This document shows positions 1-8,503 of a DNA stretch of 64,000 nt, piece by piece (the first letter of the stretch is position 1; each line of letters opens with the position of its first letter). The notes under the pieces are model-generated. The model was not told where the DNA came from. It saw only the letters and a list, made by a program, of their open reading frames with translations, and ran no database searches. The stretch spans positions 138,479-202,478 of the forward strand of contig OY970314.1 of NCBI GenBank assembly GCA_963716475.1, read 5' to 3'. Origin of the DNA: Candidatus Woesebacteria bacterium. Its GTDB lineage: Bacteria; Patescibacteriota; Microgenomatia; UBA8517. The translations under genes and the position numbers were made by a program.

Positions 1-804
1 GACGGGGGAATATTTGATTTATATAAAGCAGTAATTAATAGATTGGGACCGGATTTGGGAATGGATGTTGAAGTTTGGGGAGATTTTCCTGCGGGAAGCG
101 GGTTAGGTTCTTCTTCTGCTGTTTGCGTGGCCTTTATTGCCGGAATGTTAAGGTTACAGAATGAAGATATTACAAAAGAAAAATTGGCCGGACTGGCGAT
201 AGAAATTGAGCGGGATATATTAAAAATCCCCGGAGGGTGGCAGGACCAATATGCGGCTTCTTTTGGGGGGTTTAATTTATTTGATTTTTTGCCAAGCGGT
301 AAAGTTAGAGTAAAGTCGCTGAATTTTTCAGGGAAGGACACCAAAAAACTGGCAAAGAATTTGATGTTTTTTTATATCGGAGCCAAGAGAAGCGAAAAGG
401 AACAGCAGGTAAGTTTACGAAGGAATATTAATTCTGGGAAAAGTTTAAAAAGTTTTGAAATATTAAAGGTCCTCACAAAGGGATCGATAGAATCAGTTAA
501 GAATGGTGATATGAAAAATTTAGGAAAAATTTTGTATCAGGTATGGCAGGCCAAAAAAGCGACAAGCGCAGATATTTCAAATACAAGAATTGACGATCTT
601 TGTGAATTAACAATGAAAAAAGGTGCCTATGGTTGCAAGGTTTTGGGAGCCGGCGGGGGCGGATGTCTTTTGGTCGTTGCTCCGCCTAAATCTCACTCTT
701 TAATTTCTAGAAACTTGAAAAAACGGGGAGTGATACCGCTTCCTTTGGTTTTTGATTGGCAGGGGGCTCAAGTAACATCAAATGAAAATCAAAAAATATA
801 TTGA
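1..804 (+). CDS. hddA: GHMP-family sugar kinase, D-glycero-D-manno-heptose-7-phosphate kinase (HddA)-like; 5'-truncated by the window edge
   Basis: PAGSGLGSSS, GGWQDQYAASFGG and GAGGGG motifs. The frame is open from base 1, and the gene overlaps gmhA. Confidence 0.8.
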   Translation, partial: DGGIFDLYKAVINRLGPDLGMDVEVWGDFPAGSGLGSSSAVCVAFIAGMLRLQNEDITKEKLAGLAIEIERDILKIPGGWQDQYAASFGGFNLFDFLPSGKVRVKSLNFSGKDTKKLAKNLMFFYIGAKRSEKEQQVSLRRNINSGKSLKSFEILKVLTKGSIESVKNGDMKNLGKILYQVWQAKKATSADISNTRIDDLCELTMKKGAYGCKVLGAGGGGCLLVVAPPKSHSLISRNLKKRGVIPLPLVFDWQGAQVTSNENQKIY

Positions 805-1378
805 AAATAATTTTCTGGAAAGCCTAAAGGTTGAGAAAGATACTCTCAAAATTTGTTGGCCGAAAATAGTTGAAGCCGCTAGGGCAATTATCGACTGTTA
901 TTATAAAAGGGGCGGATCGGTTTTTACATTTGGTAACGGTGGTTCGGCAACCGATGCGGAACATTTAGCAGAAGAGCTTCTTAACCGTTTTAAAAATTAC
1001 AGAATTCCAATTTCGGCCTATGCACTCACTTCTCAACCTGCGATATTAACCGGGATTGCAAATGATTTCGGATTTGAAAAAATATTCTCGCGTCAACTTG
1101 AGGCCTTAGCGACGCCAAAAGATTTGATAATGGCTTTCTCAACCTCCGGAAATTCAAGGAATGTAATTAACGGAATTACGTTGGTAAAAAGTCGGGGGAT
1201 TAAAACAATTGGATTAACAGGTAAAGACGGGGGAGAGTTAGCTAGTCTTGCAGACATAGCCATAAAAGTTCCTTCAAATGAAGTTGCCAGAATTCAGGAA
1301 GTTCATACATTGATCGGTCATATAATTTGCGGTATCGTTGACGAAACACTTTTTGGTGAAGAAGGCCTTGAGTGGTAA
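782..1378 (+). CDS. gmhA: Phosphoheptose (sedoheptulose-7-phosphate) isomerase
   Basis: SIS-domain motifs GNGGSATDAEH, ANDFGF..FSRQ, STSGNS and RIQEVH. Confidence 0.92.
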   Translation: MKIKKYIENNFLESLKVEKDTLKICWPKIVEAARAIIDCYYKRGGSVFTFGNGGSATDAEHLAEELLNRFKNYRIPISAYALTSQPAILTGIANDFGFEKIFSRQLEALATPKDLIMAFSTSGNSRNVINGITLVKSRGIKTIGLTGKDGGELASLADIAIKVPSNEVARIQEVHTLIGHIICGIVDETLFGEEGLEW

Positions 1379-1382
1379 TTAC

Positions 1383-2324
1383 ATGAGAATTCTAATAACG
1401 GGAGTAACCGGTTTAATAGGGAGCCATTTGGCAAAATTTGCGATTGCAAAAGGGCATATGGTTTGGGGGCTCCGAAGATTTAGAAGCGATAACAAAAATG
1501 TTCTCGAAATTCCAAAGCTCAAAGTTATAAATGGTGAAATAACCGACCCGACGTCAGTTGAAAGAGCTATTGTAATTTCTAAGCCCGATATAATTTTTCA
1601 TCTTGCCGGACAAAGTTATCCTTCGGAATCTTGGAATGCACCCGAATACACAATTAATGTCAACTTGACTGGGACTTTGAGAATCCTTGAGGCGGTAAGG
1701 GAAATGAAAAAACCCGCCAAAGTGTTTATCGCTTGTTCTTCGGCGGAATACGGACTAGCCAAAAAGCTTCCGACAACTGAAGATACTTTATTAAAACCGG
1801 TAAGTCCCTATGGTGTAAGTAAATTGGCGGCGGAGGCCTTAGGTTATCAATATTTTATCAATTATAAAATTCCGGTTTTTCTCGGCAGATTTTTTATTCA
1901 AGTTGGCCCCGGGCAGGACGAGAGGACTTCTATTCAAACTTTTTGCAAACAAATGGCTCTGATCGAAAATGGCAAATCAAAACCTATTATTAGCATTGGG
2001 AATTTGAAACCAAAGCGAGATTTTTTGGATGTTAGAGACGGAGTTGCCGCTGTCTGGTCTATTGTTACAAAAGGGAGTCCCGGAGAGCCCTACAATATTT
2101 GTTCAGGGAAAGCGCCTCAGATGAAAGAAGTTTTAAAAATGGTAATTTCAAAGGGAAAAGTCAAGGTCGAAGTTAGGGTAGACCCGACGAGACTTAGGCC
2201 AACTGATGAACCGGTGATTTGGGGTTCAAATGCAAAGATATTTAGAGATACAGACTGGAAACCGAAAGTCGCTCTTTCCGATACCATCTCTTGGGTACTA
2301 GACTATTGGCGTTCCCGAGTATAA
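1383..2324 (+). CDS. NAD-dependent GDP-sugar dehydratase/reductase (GMD/RMD-like SDR)
   Basis: GxxGxxG (ITGVTGLIG), HLAGQS, YGVSK and RDFLDVRD motifs. Likely start is the ATG at 1383. Confidence 0.85.
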   Translation: MRILITGVTGLIGSHLAKFAIAKGHMVWGLRRFRSDNKNVLEIPKLKVINGEITDPTSVERAIVISKPDIIFHLAGQSYPSESWNAPEYTINVNLTGTLRILEAVREMKKPAKVFIACSSAEYGLAKKLPTTEDTLLKPVSPYGVSKLAAEALGYQYFINYKIPVFLGRFFIQVGPGQDERTSIQTFCKQMALIENGKSKPIISIGNLKPKRDFLDVRDGVAAVWSIVTKGSPGEPYNICSGKAPQMKEVLKMVISKGKVKVEVRVDPTRLRPTDEPVIWGSNAKIFRDTDWKPKVALSDTISWVLDYWRSRV

Positions 2325-2337
2325 ACACCTCCGTAAT

Positions 2338-3027
2338 TTAATAGCAGGCTTCAAAGTAGATTTTTTTGAGGGGAAATTTTTCTTTGTCGAGTCCCTTAGT
2401 TGATTCTTTAACAAAATCTCTGGAGCCGCTCAGATATATTCCCGTTGTTTCTTTATCGAACTTTTTTGCTTTTTGCACAATCGAAAAGGTGGCGTGTCCT
2501 CCTTTGCCTTCCCAATTTTTGTCGGGTTTGGACAAAACTATTTCGAAAGAAAAGTTAGGATAGGTCATACTTAGAGAAGTGAGCATTTTGGTCAAAGCAA
2601 TGTCCTTATTAAACCTTAAACCCCAAACGAGAGACACTTTTTTATCTGTATTTTTCAAAAGCTCAGAGATCATTGGGATGAAAGGAGCGATACCACACCC
2701 GGTTGCACCGAAAATGTAATTATTCATTTTACGGCTTAAGATAAATTGACCTTTTGGTTCTGAAGTTTCGACGGTTTGTCCTTTTTTAAGAGATTTAAGA
2801 AAAGTCGTTCCGGGGCCCCCCGGAGTTACATCGATAAACATATTCCAGTAGGGGAGCTGCTCCGGTTCGCTGGCAATAGAATATGACCTAAAAATATTGT
2901 CACCGACTTTTGTCAGCACAAATTGGCCGGTCTTAAAAGAGAAATTCTTACTATTAGATTTCAATTTTATTGAGTGGAACTTCGAATTAAGTTTCTGATT
3001 AGATATTACATTGTGCTGAAAAATCAT
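2338..3027 (-). CDS. FAD/NAD(P)-binding oxidoreductase, ferredoxin-NADP reductase-like
   Basis: GQF, RSYSIAS, GPGT and GCGIAP motifs, with C-terminal E..Y. Confidence 0.85.
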   Translation of the reverse strand: MIFQHNVISNQKLNSKFHSIKLKSNSKNFSFKTGQFVLTKVGDNIFRSYSIASEPEQLPYWNMFIDVTPGGPGTTFLKSLKKGQTVETSEPKGQFILSRKMNNYIFGATGCGIAPFIPMISELLKNTDKKVSLVWGLRFNKDIALTKMLTSLSMTYPNFSFEIVLSKPDKNWEGKGGHATFSIVQKAKKFDKETTGIYLSGSRDFVKESTKGLDKEKFPLKKIYFEACY

Positions 3028-3065
3028 ATATTGACATTAATCTATATATCGTTTATTGTCAATAT
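3028..3065. promoter_or_regulatory. Palindromic bidirectional sigma70 promoter and putative ArsR operator
   Basis: ATATTGACA...TGTCAATAT. It reads TTGACA-17-TATTGT on + and TTGACA-17-TAATGT on -. Confidence 0.7.
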
Positions 3066-3066
3066 C

Positions 3067-3333
3067 ATGCATTTCTCTTCGCAGTGTTCGGGGTGCTTCG
3101 CGGGACTTTCATGCGGTGTAAGGCTAGATATTGTTAATTTGCTTCAAAAAAAGAAAAAACTAAGTGTTTTGGAGATTGCCAAGCATTTTAAGGTAACGCA
3201 ACCTACGATTTCGCATCACTTAATTTATCTTAAGGAGATGGGAATATTAAGATCCCGCCGGGAAGGAAGAAAAATTTTTTATTCCATTCACCCAAAGTGT
3301 GGATGGGATGAATGCTCCGTTTTTATTCAATGA
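3067..3333 (+). CDS. ArsR/SmtB-family transcriptional regulator, Cys-rich
   Basis: Winged HTH (RLDIV..LSVLEIAKHFKVTQPTISHHL..L..RREGRKIFY), N-terminal CxxC and C-terminal Cys pair. Confidence 0.85.
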   Translation: MHFSSQCSGCFAGLSCGVRLDIVNLLQKKKKLSVLEIAKHFKVTQPTISHHLIYLKEMGILRSRREGRKIFYSIHPKCGWDECSVFIQ

Positions 3334-4490
3334 AGACAATATATCTTGACAATGCGGCAACAACCGCCGTTTCACCCGAAGTATTTCTGGCGATGAAGCC
3401 GTATTTTTTGGAAAAGTATGGAAACGCCTCGGAGTTTCACTTGCCGGGAAGAGTTGCCAGAGAAGCCATTGAAAAATCGAGAACGAAAATTGCCAAATTT
3501 TTAGGAGCCGAGGTAAATGAGATTATTTTTACGGGGAGTGCAACAGAATCAATTAACTTATCCCATAAAGGACTTATAGAATCTCTTCGGGCAACTCTGA
3601 AAAACCCGCATATTATTACGACAGCAGTTGAACACAAGGCGGTACTTGCAACCTGCCGGCACCTGGAATCAATCGGTTGGGCGACGGTTACATATCTTCC
3701 TGTTGACCACTTTGGACGGGTTGATGTGGAACTTTTGAAAAGAGCCGTAACCGGTCAAACTGTTTTAGTTTCTGTAGGTTATGTGAATAATGAAGTCGGG
3801 ACCATCCAACCGATTTCCGAAATCGGGAATCTGATAAGAAGGATAAATATCGGCAGAAAAAATAAAATATATTTTCATACAGACGCAACCCAGGCAATTA
3901 AACATCTGGATGTTTCGGTGGACCGTCTGGGAGTAGATTTCTTGTCTTTTACGGGACATAAAATAAATGCTCCGAAGGGAATCGGAGCCCTATTTATACG
4001 GGAAGGAGTAGAAATAGTCAGGCAGATGGATGGCGGGAGCCAGGAAGATGGTCTTCGGGCGAGTACGGAAAATGTTCCCTACATAGTCGGATTGGGAAAG
4101 GCTATCGAGCAGATTAAAAAAAGTGAGAAAATTACTTCTTTACGCGACACATTAATTAAAGGTATTTTAGAAATTAAAGGTGTTAAATTAACAGGACATC
4201 CGACCAAAAGGGCCCCGCACATAGCCTCATTTGTCATTGACGGAGTTGAGGGAGAGGCGATGGTTTTATCGTTGAGCGACCTGGGAATTATTGTCTCATC
4301 CGGCTCAGCTTGCACGAGCGGAGACCTGCGACCGTCGCATGTTTTAACGGCAATGGGATTGCCACCGGAAAAATCGCACGGTTCCTTGAGATTTTCCCTG
4401 GATGAAAGTACTACTCGGGCAGACGTAACCTATGTTTTGGAAAAACTTCCCGGAATAATTAAAAACTTAAGACTTATGTCGCCATTTTAA
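3330..4490 (+). CDS. iscS: Cysteine desulfurase (IscS/NifS class)
   Basis: IYLDNAATT, HTDATQ, TGHK (PLP Lys) and SSGSAC (catalytic Cys). Confidence 0.92.
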   Translation: MKTIYLDNAATTAVSPEVFLAMKPYFLEKYGNASEFHLPGRVAREAIEKSRTKIAKFLGAEVNEIIFTGSATESINLSHKGLIESLRATLKNPHIITTAVEHKAVLATCRHLESIGWATVTYLPVDHFGRVDVELLKRAVTGQTVLVSVGYVNNEVGTIQPISEIGNLIRRINIGRKNKIYFHTDATQAIKHLDVSVDRLGVDFLSFTGHKINAPKGIGALFIREGVEIVRQMDGGSQEDGLRASTENVPYIVGLGKAIEQIKKSEKITSLRDTLIKGILEIKGVKLTGHPTKRAPHIASFVIDGVEGEAMVLSLSDLGIIVSSGSACTSGDLRPSHVLTAMGLPPEKSHGSLRFSLDESTTRADVTYVLEKLPGIIKNLRLMSPF

Positions 4491-4495
4491 AATTT

Positions 4496-4903
4496 ATGGA
4501 TCAAATTTTTAACAATCTTTATTCAAAAAAAGTAATTGACCATTTCAGACATCCGCGGAATATGGGAATGATCAAAAACGCGGACGGTGTTGCAATGGTG
4601 GGGAATCCGGTTTGCGGAGATATTATGAAATTTTACATTAAGGTTGAAAAGAAAAAGGGGACTTCCTATCTCAAGGATGTGAAGTTCCAGACACTAGGCT
4701 GCGGGGCAGCGATAGCGACTTCAAGCATGATGACAGTCCTTGTTAAAGGAAAGAAATTGTCCGAGGCCGAAGAGGTTTCGAAAAAAGCAATAGTGGAAGC
4801 TTTGGGGGGCCTGCCGGCCGTAAAAATTCATTGTTCGGTACTGGCAGACGAGGGATTAAAAAAGGCAATTGCTAATTATAAGTTGAAAGAGGCAAGAGAT
4901 TAA
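4496..4903 (+). CDS. iscU: Fe-S cluster scaffold IscU/NifU
   Basis: HFRHPRN, GNPVCGD, GCGAAIA and LPAVKIHC motifs. Confidence 0.93.
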   Translation: MDQIFNNLYSKKVIDHFRHPRNMGMIKNADGVAMVGNPVCGDIMKFYIKVEKKKGTSYLKDVKFQTLGCGAAIATSSMMTVLVKGKKLSEAEEVSKKAIVEALGGLPAVKIHCSVLADEGLKKAIANYKLKEARD

Positions 4904-4949
4904 AGAATCTCCGCTAGATGAACACAGGGAATTGTTATATATTGAATCT

Positions 4950-6002
4950 ATGCTGCCAGCCTTAAAACATTTCATCAAGTATCACCTCGACAGACAAAGA
5001 CTACTTTACACGAGCCTAATTGTTGTTTTTGCGACTCTATCAATGTCACTTTATTGGGTCGCACTTAAGGAGACCCGTGTTACTTTAAGTGATGAGTTTC
5101 TTCATCGGGAGCAGGTAATTGCAAGGTCGGGTAGCCAATCTATTTCTGGGTTTATTAATCTTCTTGGTAAAAGTGTAGCACTTAGAGCGGAAGATTTTTC
5201 TGCGGGTTCAAACTTGAATGATATGCAGACTGACATAAATACTTTTATGGATCATTGGAGGGATACTCCGGCTGCTGCCATTCTTCTGGCTGATAAAAAT
5301 GGGAAAGTCATTGCCCAAGCAAACAGGGCTGGAGTTCCCGATACAGGCAGTATTCTTGCAGATAAGCTATTTTTTAATTGGGCAAAGACTGCAAATAAAG
5401 GAGAATACTTCATTGGATCTCCCGGAGTGGGGATGCTCGGATACGTTAAAGGAAAATATATCTTTAATGTTGCATCACCGGTGGTTGTAAACGGGAAATT
5501 TAACGGAGTAATTTCTGTAGCAGTAATTTTAGGCGATCTTACTGATTATTACATCACCCCCATTAAAATATCTGATAGTACCAGGATGTTTTTGTTTGAT
5601 CAAAACGGTATCGTTCTTAGTTCTTTGGCAAGCAATCTGGTTGGGACAAATTACTTTGACTTCTTATCGGGATACTCCTATCCGGGTTTAGATAAAATTG
5701 TCAGTGAACTTAGAATGGCCATGATATCATCCGACAGTGAGGGCAAGCTTGATATCAGCCTGCCTGACTCCCTAACCCCCACGACTGTGGGTGAGTTTCT
5801 TGTTGCCTATTCGAAAGTGAAAGCCGGGGACAATAGTTGGCTACTCGTTATCAAATCTCCGAAAAGCGACTCCGATGCATATCTTTGGAGAATTAGAGAT
5901 GTTATTTATAGCGCTCTAGTTTTTACACTGGTTCTTGTATTATTATTCTCAATAACTAATCTGCGGGCCGAGATACATCGAAGGAAGCAAAACTCAACCT
6001 GA
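4950..6002 (+). CDS. Membrane protein with an extracytoplasmic dCache-like sensor domain and no cytoplasmic output domain
   Basis: Two TM helices flank a PAS/Cache-like region (LADKNGKV, F..WAK, VASPV..NGKFNGVI, LFDQNG). Confidence 0.6.
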   Translation: MLPALKHFIKYHLDRQRLLYTSLIVVFATLSMSLYWVALKETRVTLSDEFLHREQVIARSGSQSISGFINLLGKSVALRAEDFSAGSNLNDMQTDINTFMDHWRDTPAAAILLADKNGKVIAQANRAGVPDTGSILADKLFFNWAKTANKGEYFIGSPGVGMLGYVKGKYIFNVASPVVVNGKFNGVISVAVILGDLTDYYITPIKISDSTRMFLFDQNGIVLSSLASNLVGTNYFDFLSGYSYPGLDKIVSELRMAMISSDSEGKLDISLPDSLTPTTVGEFLVAYSKVKAGDNSWLLVIKSPKSDSDAYLWRIRDVIYSALVFTLVLVLLFSITNLRAEIHRRKQNST

Positions 6003-6006
6003 TCAT

Positions 6007-6258
6007 ATGATACAGCAAAATCCTCTTTGGTTTAGGGCTCTCAGGATGATTATTAAGCTTCTGATACCCTTAATATTCTTAACAACGGGTCTGGCTCTCC
6101 TGTATTTAGCAATCCCAGGGTGGAGTTTGATAGTCGGAATTCCCTCCGTAATCTTTGGTATAGTTTTCCTTTTATATACCTATGACGAGATATCCAGCCA
6201 GTCCAATTTTGATGAAGGGTTGGAAAACGGGAAACATCAAAAAGAATTGCTTCAATAG
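6007..6258 (+). CDS. Small two-TM hypothetical membrane protein
   Basis: Two hydrophobic segments and an acidic tail. Confidence 0.65.
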   Translation: MIQQNPLWFRALRMIIKLLIPLIFLTTGLALLYLAIPGWSLIVGIPSVIFGIVFLLYTYDEISSQSNFDEGLENGKHQKELLQ

Positions 6259-6315
6259 GTTGGTGATTTCGTACCCCAAATGATATAATATGCCTACTTT
6301 CAAGAAATTTATCCC

Positions 6316-7206
6316 ATGCGAAAACTAATAGTCCTATTGTTTTTGGTGGTATTGGCTGTTGGAGTACTTAAGCCGATGGGGGTGCTTGCCGTGGTTTCTT
6401 CCCGCACCCCTGCGCCTACGCCGACCCCAACACCAATGGCTCTTGTCACGCCCGAGCCGGCCCGCGTGGATATTACCCAAAAAAGTGTGGAAACCTTAGG
6501 CCCTCTGGAGAAACTCCTTAAGGAGCAGACACTGGGTTCAGTTTGGCCGTTGAACCCTGTTAAATATGCGATTCGTTCGTCAGTTGCTTCCGGAGTTCCT
6601 GCAAATACGATAGTTTTACTTTTGCTTTTACCGATAGTTGCTTTTGTTATTGCCTTTACAAGGAACGTAATCGGAATTAGGGGGTTCGGAATTTTTCTTC
6701 CCGCCGCTTTATCTGTTGTTTTTGTAGCCATGGGGCCAATTGTCGGAATAGGACTTTTTTTGGTAATTGTCATAGTCTCCACTGCCATGAGGATGATTCT
6801 TAGAAAACTAAAGGTTAAACTCCAATACCTACCCAGGATGGCTTTTATTCTTTGGGCGGTGGTACTCGGGGTTTTGGGAGTTCTTTTCCTGGCTCCGGTT
6901 CTGAAGTTTTCGGATCTTGCCAACGTTTCTATTTTTGCGGTCCTTTTCCTGGTGCTTTTGGCAGAGGACTTTACCCGCGTTCAGCTGGGTAAGAGCGTCA
7001 AAACAGCCATAAATCTAACCTTTGAAACACTAATATTATCTTTAATTTCGTTCCTATTTCTTACTTTCCAGCCGCTGCAAAGATATGTACTTCTTAACCC
7101 TGAAATATCCCTTTTGGTAATTGCTGTGGCCGATCTTCTTCTTGGAAAATATACCGGCCTCAGGGTTATGGAGTTTTACAGATTCAGAAAGCTTATCAGA
7201 AGCTAA
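6316..7206 (+). CDS. 7TM-domain membrane protein of the family normally fused to an inactive transglutaminase
   Basis: LLLLP..A..RNVIGIRGFGIFLP and LQYLPR motifs. It lies upstream of an ATP-grasp gene. Confidence 0.8.
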   Translation: MRKLIVLLFLVVLAVGVLKPMGVLAVVSSRTPAPTPTPTPMALVTPEPARVDITQKSVETLGPLEKLLKEQTLGSVWPLNPVKYAIRSSVASGVPANTIVLLLLLPIVAFVIAFTRNVIGIRGFGIFLPAALSVVFVAMGPIVGIGLFLVIVIVSTAMRMILRKLKVKLQYLPRMAFILWAVVLGVLGVLFLAPVLKFSDLANVSIFAVLFLVLLAEDFTRVQLGKSVKTAINLTFETLILSLISFLFLTFQPLQRYVLLNPEISLLVIAVADLLLGKYTGLRVMEFYRFRKLIRS

Positions 7207-7210
7207 AAAA

Positions 7211-8503
7211 ATGAAAATATCCTCAATTTTGGGGTTAAATGCCAGAACTCAGTTATTTGCCTATAGGTATAATACTAAACGTGGAAAAGATATTGCTGAT
7301 TCCAAGATTCAGACAACCAGAATCTTGAGAAAAGCCGGAGTAGCGCACCCCAAAATTTACAAGAAGTTTTTTGATCCTAATGATGTCTTTGAATTTGACT
7401 GGACAACCCTCCCGGATAAATTTGCTCTTAAGCCCAGCCGGGGAATGGGAGGGGAAGGAATAATAGTTGTTAAGAAACGTTTGAAGGATGGAGGGTGGTT
7501 AACTACGCAGAAAGACCGAATTAAGATTGACGATCTGAAGCTCCACGTATTGGACACTCTGGAAGGAGCATATTCTATGGGAAACGTACCCGATGTTGCT
7601 TTCGTTCAGGAATATGTAGGGAGGGCTAAAGCCTTCAGAAGGTGGGCCTACAGGGGAACCCCTGACATCCGTATTATTGTGTTTAATAAGGTTCCTGTAA
7701 TGGCCATGCTTCGTTTACCGACTAGAGAAAGCGGTGGAAGGGCTAATTTGCATCAGGGGGCTATTGGTGTGGGTGTTGACATCGCTACAGGCATTACTAC
7801 AAAGGCAATCTGGCACGGTGAACAAATTATATTTAAGCCCGGTACGGAAAGAAAACTTAGGGGAATAAAAATTCCCAGCTGGACGTTGGTTTTGGAAACC
7901 GCCGTTGCTGCACAAATTGCTTCGGGACTTGGGTATGCAGGGGTGGACATCGTGATTCACCCGGAAAAGGGGCCGATGGTACTAGAGCTTAATGCGCAGC
8001 CCGGACTTCAGATACAACTAGCCAATATGGAGGGTCTTAAAAAACGACTGGAGCGGGTGGAAGACCTTGACGTTGTTGATGCACAACATGGGGTTATGAT
8101 TGCCAAAGCAATATTCGCCGGGAGATTTGAAAACAGGAGAGCAGTAGAGGAAGGAATAAAAACCCTTAAAAGTTTGGAAGAAGTTAAGATTTACAGTTTT
8201 GATAAATCCAAAAAAGCGAAGGTTTTGGCCCGTATCGATACGGGGGCCGTAAGAAGCTCCATCGATAAAAAACTTGCTGGAGAGTTAGGACTCTTGGTTA
8301 AAGAGAATGTATTGTGGAAAGACAGGGGGTATAGATCTGCAACAGGTCGGGAAACACGTCCTGTAATAGGAGTACAGTATGTGATAGCCGGCAAAAAAAT
8401 CAAGTCCTCAGTATCCGTTGCCGATAGGTCGAAAATGTCAACCCGGTTTCTCATAGGAAGGAGCGATATGGCAGGGTTTTTAATTAATCCAAACGCGGAA
8501 TGA
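7211..8503 (+). CDS. Alpha-L-glutamate-ligase-like ATP-grasp fused to a C-terminal retropepsin-like aspartic protease
   Basis: ILGLNAR, KPSRGMGGEGI, PDIRIIV, MLRLPT..SGGRANLHQG and LELNAQPGL motifs. The C-terminus carries RIDTGA...LIGR. Confidence 0.85.
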   Translation: MKISSILGLNARTQLFAYRYNTKRGKDIADSKIQTTRILRKAGVAHPKIYKKFFDPNDVFEFDWTTLPDKFALKPSRGMGGEGIIVVKKRLKDGGWLTTQKDRIKIDDLKLHVLDTLEGAYSMGNVPDVAFVQEYVGRAKAFRRWAYRGTPDIRIIVFNKVPVMAMLRLPTRESGGRANLHQGAIGVGVDIATGITTKAIWHGEQIIFKPGTERKLRGIKIPSWTLVLETAVAAQIASGLGYAGVDIVIHPEKGPMVLELNAQPGLQIQLANMEGLKKRLERVEDLDVVDAQHGVMIAKAIFAGRFENRRAVEEGIKTLKSLEEVKIYSFDKSKKAKVLARIDTGAVRSSIDKKLAGELGLLVKENVLWKDRGYRSATGRETRPVIGVQYVIAGKKIKSSVSVADRSKMSTRFLIGRSDMAGFLINPNAE

